This document shows positions 13,101 through 25,100 of a DNA stretch of 64,000 bases, one piece after another. The position numbers were made by a program, and so were the translations under genes. Location: assembly GCF_003704095.1 (NCBI RefSeq), contig NW_020846475.1:558001-622000 (forward strand). The letters run 5' to 3'. Below the pieces are notes generated by a model, which was not told where the DNA came from, searched no databases, and saw only the letters and a program-made list of their open reading frames with translations. Positions within the stretch are counted from its first letter, which is position 1, and every line of letters begins with the position of its first letter. Source of the DNA: Pocillopora damicornis. Its lineage: Eukaryota.

Positions 13101-16100
13101 ACTCATCTTTGAAGAAAGGAAACAAAGGGAACAGTTCTGAATCCCGTTTGAACATGAACCTGAAGATCTGAATGGCAAAGCTCTCCAAGTTAGGTTCGAT
13201 AACACCCCAAGCTTTGGACAGAAGCTCCCATACTTTCTGGTGCTCGTCGGTACCTGTGAGAAAAATTTGGAAAATTAATAATCTCGAGAGATGACGAAGT
13301 GATGCGTCCTAGCTCAAAGGTAAGAATTGTTACGAAACATCTCTACAGAAATAATTTTTTGGGGAGTTCGACCATCAGTCGTGATCCATTAGCAACGATT
13401 AAGATGTGTGAGTAACCGCACAAAACAATTTAAACAACTGAGGAGAATAGGAAATAGTGTGGATAGCTTTCTCCGTTATCCGAAAGATTGCTTATTCGTC
13501 AATTGACTCTGAGTGCATGAACCTTTACCAGGTTTACCAACTGTCGGAGTGGGCTTCAAAAAGTTCAAGTTGCCAAGTAGAACTATTGAAGATGGACTCA
13601 GTTGCTTTCTTGCCCATACTCACACAGAACTTGTTTTTTCCCGCCGCGAATGGATCGTCAGATTTTACCTTGTCTTTGTAGCTTTCCAGCACAGGCACTC
13701 GGCTAAAATTTTCTCGTTCGCCTGTTTCATATTCGTCCTCTTCCTTACTGATAATCTCTTATCCTAACCTTTACTAGTGGCCACACATTACACTACAAAG
13801 GCTCAATCACTTCATCGCTGTTTTTCTCTGGTACATTGTTAAAAACTTAAGCGCACCACACCAACCTTTTACGTATGCTCGTGCCAGTTTTCGAAGGAAA
13901 TAACCCCTGAAAGCGGCCTGGATCTTAGTAGCAGCGCCTTCTTCTTCACTGTTTGATGTGCGATCTACCCAAGTGGGAGGTACTGCACCAGCACTCTTAA
14001 CGGCCCGCTTCTTTGTCATTGAACCGATCCTCGTGATCTCCGCTGCTGACAAGGGCCTGTGGCCGACTCGCTGATGCAAGCAGAGAGAGGCTTGGAACTG
14101 AAAAGCTTTCCAGGCAAAGTGCATCGGTAAATCGTAACAATCGGCGAGATGGAATCTGACACTCTTCAGAAGACACCTCATAAAAACCTGATGAAAGTAT
14201 GTACATAAAATTTAAATTTAGTGTAAGCACACTCCACGATCTTAAAGATTCAAGCAATGTGATTGGTTCGCTATCTAGTTCCGATGAACATTCTCCACTC
14301 TCTGGCGAGTGAATAATGCGTGTTTTGAAACCAAAAACTCAATGGCTGAGAAAGACATGCAATTATTAGGTGTGTGGCTCAACGGAGACTAGGAAGCACC
14401 TCGCAAGTTCATTCCACATCCCGTCATTTCGTTTCTATCGTAACGCATCATAAAGCTTTTAACAGAAACATTGTATCCCAGCGTATCCCGCACGGACGTA
14501 TTCCAAAGTGTAGTATTAAATGTGCAATCAATAACCTCACCGTACCTTGTAATGCCTATCTTGAATGTCTTTCGTCTGATCCTTAAGTCCAAGATCCAAG
14601 TCAAACTTCCTGTCAGCAGGAGGATCAGCGAATGATCCAACAAGGCTGCTAACTGACTGAAACACATTCATGGCGTGCTCCAGGAAACGACAACTTTCCT
14701 AGCAGAAAAAAAACACGAGGTGTGTCACCACTTGTCAGCCAGGTTTCCCCGGCTGATTGCAAAAACAGTCATACTATAAGGCGTATTTAATAACGTTTAA
14801 AGAAACGAATTTTTCTTCTTCCTTTAATAACAAAATAAGAACATCACTAACGAGGTTGTCAACCTTAAGGTATAAACATCTTCTTACACCTAGTTCCATA
14901 CTTAATTTCCAAGTCGAGATTTAACTCTAGACAAGAGAGTATAATATCGTTCATAATATCTTGCTCTGGATGTGCTACAAACGTAGTTCTGATGGACACG
15001 TGTAAGACATTGATTAGTTCTGTACACGTACCTTTGTGAGACAAGTCATTACTGTGTCTTCGTCGCCATAAACAAATGGCGTCTGTGAAGCCATTTCCAC
15101 GTGATAACCGTGAGGGGCTTGGACAAGAAATCTTAACACGTGACGCCTACAAAGATAGAACGTGAGAGAAACGTAATAAGACGTTGTGTTTCCTGTTATT
15201 TCATTTGCGGCTTCGAAACCTTTTCCTTTTGCTCTAATTTTCCATAAATTCCTAGAGAAGAGCGAAACTAATAACTAAAATCCCGCTCCTATGAGATTAT
15301 GAGATATCTGTACAGAGTCCCTATGTTTGGTTAATCGGTTTGGAATGCCACGTGCAAATTCCCCCCTTTCCCCCTCCCCCCCGAAAAAAAAGGAAAACCC
15401 AGCAAGGATCTCTGTACAATAGATTGTAATCATGAAACCTTTTGCTGAAGATTCCAGACCTATCGGTACCTACCCCGGCGGTAGAACAAGGACGGCTGCC
15501 TTGGTGCCTGAAGTGCGAATGCGTAGAATTGGCTGACCCGTCACCAGGCTCTTCCAAGAGTACGGTTCCGCAACGAGTAAGCCTGGGGTGGGTGGTACAG
15601 GTTTCTCCTCAACCTGAGCTGCTTCCCTTGGATCTGCTAAAAACAGAGAACAGAAACAATAGACTTGTAACACAGAAACATTGGTTTACACCACGCAGGT
15701 AGGTTCCCACGCTCACAGCTTAAAATGATCATCAATCCTATTTCACAATATTTGGATTAAGAACCTTTGTCATACCTCGAAAAAAAACTGTTCACCAAAA
15801 AATTGGAGTACTTTTCAGTAACATATGAACGAAGAATCATCACAAATAGGTTTTACGCTGCTGCCAATAATGGATTTTTCAGGGAACATTTGGGTTGTTT
15901 CAGACAAGTTTAAAGAAGTCACGTTCAGATGTTTGTGATAAGCGGCTTTCGTTCCATTTTGTATGTTTCTGCTGTTAAATGACCATTACTATGATTCACA
16001 GAAGGTTTGGCTTTCACCCTCCTTCACGTTACTGAATAGCGCATCTACACGTCGAAATAACTTCTACACGATGATATTGGTTTAAATGTTGCTATAATAC

Positions 16101-19100
16101 AATATAAGCCCTGAATCCAAAGAACCTACCTCAGCTTACTGTAAAATACTTGGTTGACGTAAATAGGCGACAACTTGCTAACTACATTTACATATAAGTA
16201 AGCTCTACTGTTCAGTTCTCACCTGTTACTACGCTATTAGAATCCTTTTCCTTTTCCTTTTCCTTATCTCTTTCTCTGATAACGGGCTGCGGTGGATCAA
16301 GCCACCTAGAGAAAGCAGTGAAGCTTACCACAATTTCGATGGGTTTCAGACTGTCAACAAACAGGAACGGTGGGGGTGGGTCTTGATTTTGACTTAGTCC
16401 ACCAAACGAACCGTGATATGGTGACGGACTGAGCCCTGTGGCCTTCCCAGGTGCAGGCGTAGTTGCTGTGACTGACGAGGCTGGTATCAGGCCTGACTTT
16501 TTACTAACATGACTGGTCATTGCAACATTCTGGAAATTAACAAGATTTAGGCCAGAAATGAAAAAAGTTTACAGAGATAAGCTTCACAAGGAGGTGTGTG
16601 CTGGATTTTGTTGGTTCCCAGTGCGAAGGTTTGAGGGAAACATGGAAAGCGTAAGGGCAATAGTCAAATTTTGCAAAGACGTCAAACTTCCCGGTTCAAG
16701 AAAAACGCAAAATGCCTCGCCCACGACCTAATTGCAGCCAGGGCTTGAACCCTCAGCTCTTTTGAACCAGAATCTTGCGTGTTAGGTGGCCATTGAGACA
16801 ACACGTCTTGCTTATATTAGAAAAGTGGAGTAATTGTGAAACCTCTAATGATCCTCTTTGTCCAAAATGTTAAGGCGGAGTTAGAAATATTATAACGAGC
16901 GTGGTTACACGTGCAGAACGAAGCAATCTAACAGTGCTTGGTGGAAAAATTAAATGAAATTAGGTGGACGAGAAGGAATAAGGTGAATTTGTGATAATTT
17001 TGTTGTTGATGAAAAACTCACAGATAGCAACGACATTTCACTTTCTTGTCTTTTAAGCCTACGTCCCATAACAGAGGACATCTTCCTTTCAGATGTCACG
17101 GAATTGTGATGATGTTGGTGATGATGATGAACATTAATAGGAATGAAAACCCAGCTCTGACAATAATTCATGCATTAGTATGTATCAATTAGTATGTTTT
17201 ACTTGTATCTATTTTCTTTAGTTTAACTCTTTTACACTATCTACAATGCTAGGCGTGTGATGATCGTCGGGGAGAGAGTAGCTCAACATGCTGCTGGATT
17301 AAAGAGACAAACAGGACACTAAATGAGGGTAAAACAGTTACGGTATTAACACTAAGCACGATAAACTCACTTTACTAACCGATACACCACGTTTGAAATA
17401 AGAAACAACGTCATAACAACAACAAAAACAACCACAACAACAGAACTGAAGATAAGTGCATATGTTGTATTAGTTTTAGGGAAGCATTTCAAAATTACTC
17501 GGTCACCAACAGCCAAACTGAACAAACATTTGGCAACAAGGGAGAAGTAGGCAGCTGCCATAATCAAAAGCAATCAAAAGATGGATTTGTATTTAAAGAC
17601 CACAGCTACAGCAGAATAAGGAGTTCAAATGTAATGTCAATTTAAAAGGATTCGGCTTGAAAGTTTTCAGGTGCAGCTTCAGACAAACATAGCACCAGAA
17701 ATGTAAAGTACAATGACTCAGTGAAAGCCAGTTTGGTGACAAGCAGAGGGGAATCACCATGTTGAAAAAGAACGATATAGAGAACGATAAAAGAGATATA
17801 AAGGTGAAAAAGATCATTTTGCTTTTAAAACATCAGTAAGAAATCCCAGTTGAAAACGGCGACAAGCAGAAAAGACACGAGCAAAGCAATAGAAGATACA
17901 TGTACCTCTAAAGGGCTTGAGTAAGTTATTTCCACTTCTGAGATTAAAGATTGGTTTAGAGATGAACACTTATCAATGTGAGAGAAAGAAACAAACATAT
18001 TGTTAGAGACTTTAAATGTTACATATGTTAAAAAAGTTAAAGGTTATCTTTGGGATATTGTTAGNNNNNNNNNNNNNNNNNNNNNNNNNNNNNNNNNNNN
18101 NNNNNNNNNNNNNNNNNNNNNNNNNNNNNNNNNNNNNNNNNNNNNNNNNNNNNNNNNNNNNNNNAAGTACAAGTGTACTTATCTTCAGTTTTTAATTTTC
18201 GTATGTAAGTAACTTGAAAAATAAACTGTGTAGTGGGAGAAAACGACGAAAATAACAACAACCAAAAACAAAACCAAACAAACAAAGTAACAAAAAGCAC
18301 TTACTTTTGATCAAATCTCCGGGTTTTTCCATCCTTGACATTCTTCGACTTGCCTTGGGTGACAGACCACCCGACTTGGTTCTCTCTGGTTTGTCCACAA
18401 CACTCAGTTTGCTACCACTTCTACTTTTATCACTCTTGTCAGGACTTTTAAGCAACTTATCTTTCTCTCCTTTGTCACTCTTTGCTGATTTTTCTCTCTC
18501 TTTTGATTTAGAAGAATCCTTGGTACTTGGACGGTCTCGAAGGCTTTCACGGCTCTCTTTGCTTTCTTGATCTGGCTTGAGTTCATCGTTTTCTAGTCTT
18601 GGCGTTGAAGTCTTGGACTTTTCGTCCTTAATGAATAGATCGGGAAAAAAATACGAATCTGTGATCATGTACACAAAGATAAATGCAAGAGTTTCATCAT
18701 AAGCCGGTCTAACGTCGCCTATAAAACCTCTTACCGCCGTCTGTTTAGCCTGCAAACTGGCTCTCGCGTTTGGGTTTCACCTTCGGCTCCTGTACAAGCA
18801 TAGCGACCTATTGTTGTACACCGTCGGCAGCCGTTTAGGGAAAAAGTTATTGAGATCCCTGTACATGTAATGGTGAATACGTACAATATTTGCTCTACTT
18901 TCTAGGAGTTACAGTACTTTTACTTATCTTTATAAAACACTGTTATTGAAGCACTTTAACTGCTAAATACAATTCTCTCATCACACATTTTTCAGTGGTC
19001 AGTTTAATGTCACTTTAATATCAACTTCTCTAATTTGTAAAATCAAAGAGAGGGGAGCTACAGAGTAGATCGATGTTAGAAGATACTCACACATGTGGTG

Positions 19101-22100
19101 ACACAAGGCCTGCATGCAGAGCTTTTTAATTACGGCTGTAGGAAAAAAATAACCTGCCAAAAAAATGCCATAAGAATTCTGGTGGCATTTCATTTTGCGT
19201 TTATCTTCTTCTATAGGATCTAATCTGCACAGATCAAGGACTATGGTTATTATAGGACATAAATTCTGTAGTACCTCTTTAACAGCGGCACCATCATCAC
19301 TAAGCCCTTCTCTCTTTTCACCTGAAGTCTTCTCAGCGACATCCTCACCCTCCCCACCCTCTGTCTTTTCTCCATTGTCTTTATCGCCTTCTTCAAGTAT
19401 CTCACCCATTGGCTTCTCAGGACGATATTTTAACCACCTCACAGGGGTCCTGAAAAGCAACAAGAAGTTTTGCAGTTTTAAAAGCGACTTGCTTTCTTGT
19501 CTGTGTAATAAAATAATACAAAATGACGAGAAGATATGAGTGTTTCATGGTTAAATTTTCACCTCTAAGTGACCACTCAATGTTTTATGTACGGTGTAAT
19601 ATTTCTTTCAGTCTACTATAATCATTTGTATCAAATGACCTGTACGCTTTCATTCAAAAACGTTAGACAAATATCTCCGTATGAGAGGCGTAGGCGATGC
19701 CGTAAGCGATGCCGTAAGCAGGGACGGAAAAATGCGAATAGACTCGCTAGATGCGAGTTGAAAAAAGAAAAAGAAAATGAGAAAGAGCGACGGTAACATG
19801 ATACAGTGCTTATTGAATGAATCAAGTCATGCCGGACGGGACAATGATTGGCCCTCGGTCGGTCATAGCGTAAGAATCTCGCCGCGCTCAGCCCGTACGT
19901 CATGACCTTGAGCCAAACATTTCAGTCTTCCCATTCACTTAAAAAGTACAAAGAGAGCTGAACAAGATCAATCTTATTCCTACATACTTTGCTCTGCTGA
20001 CAGGTATGGGGCTGACTTTGTGATTAAGAAAGGGAGATACAACTTCTAAGAACTGTGGATCCTTGGGAGGTTCTGGTGGAGTCAGCGCTGGCTCCACGGG
20101 CTGCTTCTTCTTCTTCTGCCGAATAAGCTTCCATCGAGGGATCTGAACTGGAGGCGGAGGAGGAACCAAGGGGCAGTCCCTAACTGTCGTCAACAAGACA
20201 GGGTGTGGGTGGTTATGTGACAAACCAGATTGTCGCAGTTTCTCAGATGCATCAGCCTTAAGAGAGGACAACAAAATTTTCTGTTAATAAAGGCAAACAC
20301 TCAACCTTGCTCTCAAGGAATTTTTTTTCAACAAACAAATTTTAAATGTGGTGTACATAAGAGCAACCAATCTCTAAATTTGATTACTACCAGCAAAAAG
20401 ACCAAAAGATCCGCTGGAAACAGAGAGGAGAAATAATCTAAAAGTCCTCTCAAGATGTGTCATAAATTACCATTCTTGACTAATGAACGTTTCTGATTTC
20501 ATCTCAGGGTTGGTAACATTTTTTTGTGGGGTACATGTACCGATGCACCTCAAAAAGTTCTCTACCACCCTTACTGGAGTGATTGATTAAGCTGCAAACA
20601 AACAAACCTAACAAGTACATATGGTGTGCTGTGAGTGATCATAATAAGCATGTCACAGAAAATTATTGAATATTTGGAAGTGAGTAACAGAAATACGACT
20701 TGCGTTGCCAATGTAAGTAAGTTTAGTGTTTAAATAAAGTTACTGACAGAAATGAATGATATGTTCTTATGCAGCAGACCGCCACGTACTTACCATTTCT
20801 TTAAGAACAGAATGTCTCATTGGCATATTGGGTGGATGGGAATAACTGGCAAAAATCACAAACTCTGGCTCCTTTGGTACGTCAACAAGATATGCAGCTG
20901 GAGTGGCTGGAACAAAATAATGTGATCCATCAATTCAATTGCAGATAGCATGCTGGTGGCCACCTTGGAAGTGACTAATTTACATGTGGATTCAACACAA
21001 AATTGCACTGATGAGTTGAATCAATCAAAATTGTCAATTTTTAATAAAAAAAATTTTTCATGTCTGTGAAGAAAGGTGTAACACAAAATCAGAAAATGGA
21101 GAATGACTCCCTGGCATGCTGTGAAGAAGAAGTCCACTCTCTCTCCCAAATTCATGACATTTATACAAACTATTTTCATTTTCCTTTCAATTGATGAAAA
21201 AATGAATATTGCCAACCATACAATCAATTGGGTACCACAACATAACATCAGTTTTATCCAGTCACAAAAGAAACTGTAAAAACTCATGCTCCTTTAATGG
21301 TAGTGTGAAATTTTCTCAGTGACATTATTGAGTCTTTTCAATAAACTTTTGAGATGCCAAATATTTATCAGCATGTACAGATTATATCTATCAAAGTTAC
21401 AAAAAGTCAGCAAACCTTTGTCTTTCTCCTTCTCCTTCTCTTTCTTTTCTTTTTCTCTCTCAACTTTCTCAGGGACTTGACTTTTCTCAGACTTTGTGGA
21501 TTTTCTTTCCTTGTCTCTGTCGTCCTTTTTTCTGCATTCTGTGGCATGTTGTTTCTTTTCCTCTGGTGGTGGAGTGTTCTCAAGTTTCCAGCGAGGCAAT
21601 GTTTGGAGTAGCAGTTTCCAGATTTCACCAGTATGACCACACCTTGGGGACACAAAAACCAAAGACATTTTGCAATTTTGCTCATGCACACCAGCCTACA
21701 TCCGTGCTTAGTATCTCAGTTTTCTTTCTTGCTGAAACAATATTGATGAGATTAACAGAACTTATCTTTTAATCTCTCACTTCAAGGCATCCCCTATTAA
21801 CAAGCATACCCAAAGCTGCATTAAGTCTAGGCTCACAGTTCTGAATTGATAGAGCATGAAAATGCATTCGCTCACAGCACATACATGTAGCAGGAGTGGA
21901 AAAGCTTGTTACCTCAGTGGAATAATCTCTGGCATCCACCCTGTGAGGGCATGAACCACAGTGAAGTCACCAAACTCACAAGCATTATAACCACCAGCAT
22001 AACTAAAGAGAAAACAAAAAAAAAAGACATGCTTAGAAATTTGAACTTCATTTAAAAGCATTGCTTAAAGCGTGGTTTAAATTGTTTAAATTTCTTAAGT

Positions 22101-25100
22101 TTCAATTGCTTCTTAAATGTACACAATTCAAGTAACTTCCATGCTTCATGCAAGCTGCAACCATTTAGGTCACCATAGAAAAAGATATATTTTGGTTATA
22201 AAATTTGCAGTAAAAGTTGCCACTTTGGCAACCTGTGTTGGGTGGTCAGACATGTAGCAAGAGATAATGTTTTTCCTTCACAATGTTTCCAGCATATGGT
22301 TAAAGTTGGATAGGCTTTTGCCAAGAACACTTATTATATCTTGTCATTGTCTTTTGCAGAATATTGCTTCTGCCTTAGTTGTGCAAATACTGTGCTTTAG
22401 AGTGTCTCAAAAATCTTAAAAAAGGATTGCTGGCCATACTGCCTATATTCAAAGATTGGTATAGTGTCACAATAACAACCCTATTTCATCATTTCAAGTC
22501 ACCTAAAAGTGACTTTGGAAAAACTTGAGTTACACTGTAGGAGCACCAAACTAATAAGAGAGAAATCATGCTTACTCTAATGAAGCCACTTTAATGAGAG
22601 CTTTTGACAGTAACATGGGCCATAATTCATGCTCATTAGGTGAAGCAGGTAACATAAGTTTGCCATCCTCATCAAAGGGCATCCAGTCATCAACTGTTAC
22701 TTTCCGCCAAGTACCCTAAAAAGACCATCACATTCCAATAGTCACTTAAATGTTCTTTTAAAAGAAAATGAAATATAATTACACAATCAAAAGGGCAAGA
22801 AGATAGTGACCAATGAGAAAAAAGAATTATAACAGCTCTTGCAAGGTCTACACGATTATTGCTTCACACATTGAACATGCCTTCCCATTCTTTAACTTTT
22901 GTTTATGGACTGCAACTTTATCTTAGTTTGAATCATACAGGGGCAAAAAAAAAAAATAGAACGTAGCCAACTTAAGCTAAATGTATCCTCACAGGACAAA
23001 TTTGGTCAATAATACATTTAAATATCAAATGAACAAATCCTCACAACAAAGAATTTTGCAATGGCAGGAACAAAGCAAGCAATTGTGCTTGCATACCCCT
23101 GTGCGAGAGGACTATCTTCCAGAGTTACTCAAGTGCAGTATCCTATCAGAACACACAACCATGAATGTTTTATCTTGAGGAGAAGTGAAGAACCACCTTC
23201 ATGAAATAAAATTCAATATGACAGAAGTGTTAACTCACCATCCAGAATATTCTAACACAGTACTTCCCTCCAGGGTTATAAACAGGAAGAGGACTGCCTT
23301 TAGTTTTCTCTTTTGGCCAAATGTGATTCCATGGTTTCCATGTGTTGTCTTCTAACAGAGCATCTTTGTCTTTCTCTCCTCTGTCTTTATCCTTCTCCTT
23401 GTCCCTCTCTTTATCAGCTTTGTTGCTCTCCTTGGTATCTTTAGCACCTTTGACAGTCTCTATTGGGTCTACTTTAAAGTGAAGTTTCCATAAGCACATC
23501 ACCTGACCTATGATACATCGAAGCAGCTGCAAAAACACATTCTGTGTCAGAATCATCTACTACTGACAATAAAATTAATGATCTCACTCTTTTAGAGTGT
23601 ATATTACATTTATTTGATACATTTACCTGTAAATACCTGTATGATAATCATAGACTGGGAGGATATCCACGCCAAGAAAATGATGAGCCACAGAAATTGA
23701 AAAGGGCCAAGGTTCAAGAAGCCCATGAACCAAAACAAGTAAAGGAACTCTAATAAATCCAAGGTTTATTTTAAGGAGGATCAAGAGGGTGGAGGAAAGT
23801 TTCAACACCAAGAAACAAACATTTATTATTGAATAAGGGGTATGAATCACCAGGGTCCAACTACTGTATTTTCTGGCAAGTACAGTGTAATAAGTATATA
23901 CCATTAGTTATATGTAGGTGCATCAATCACAGTTCTACTGAAAAGTAAACAAGGATTGGCATCATACCTCACTGTTGGTCAAATGATCATTCACTGAAAG
24001 TAAATCTATCTCCTCTGCCAGACTTTTTGGATCAACAACAACTGGTGACTGAAGTGGTAAATAAAGGACACATTTTCTTGACAGTGTTTTACTTCAGTTC
24101 TTGAAGGTGTTAAAATATTATAATTCAAAAACATAATCTGCATGAGAATTTTCAGCAATTGAAATGACTTTAAAAGATACATGCCGAGACCAAGAAATCA
24201 TAGAAAGACACCATACTAGACTACATTTAGGCCAACACAACATGGCTTGACTGTTTTTGCACAAAAATCTATAAAGTACACCCTGTATGTAGATCTACTG
24301 TGGAGAAGTCAACACATAGCATTGGTTCAACTCAAGCTCCAAAAATTAAGAGATAAGAAACATTTCATCAAGTACCAGCCACACCCTTTTTTTCTAAGGA
24401 ATATATGACGAATAGCTTAAGTGGCTTATTGACAGAATCATTAGAAATAAACTGAATGACTCATGTGTACCTTTTCCAACATAAACTCAACAGGTTTCTT
24501 CCAGTGATCCACATAAGACTTAATTGAAGATGGTAAATCTACCCTTCCTTCAGGATCCTCATAAGGATGCTGTGAAAGGCATTTAGGTAGTAGTTGTTAG
24601 TGGAATATAAACCTTTGAATGCACTAAAGTGATGTATAATTCTCTAGTTATTATATATTTATCTTAAAGACAGGTGAAAATTTAATGTTTTGTGTTAAGA
24701 CTAAAATAATTTCCTTACTAGATTTGGACTTTTGCCCTTTTCTTTTTCTTTTGGTTTGTGTGATGTATCCTGAAAAATAATAAAGCAAAAAAAATAAGGG
24801 TGATTTGATTTACATTAATCCAGTAGCTCTACTGGTAGTTTCAGCCTTATATTTCAATATTATACAGGGTGAGATTGTAGTCAGTTCCAATGGATTGTGT
24901 GGGCAGTAAGTGGTGATTGAATTATGTTCAATAAAATCTGGTTGGTTTTTCAATCTATAGAATTGATATCTAAATGAATAAGGTAAAAGACTTCAAAATA
25001 ATAATGCAAAAGTACTCTAAAGTTAATATCATAACTGAATTGCCACAGATCACCCTTAAAGTCCTACAAGTTTACAACATTACGGTACACTGTCTTTGCA

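Noticed and set aside
13500-13767. Coding-like ORFs inside the ADGB intron between the IQ exon and the globin A-helix exon
   Set aside because: The flanking exons join in frame without it, it ends in stops and has no recognisable motif; probably a repeat remnant.
18307-21772. Plus-strand ORFs (18307, 19195, 21354, 21494)
   Set aside because: Antisense shadows of Lys/Glu/Ser-rich ADGB exons.
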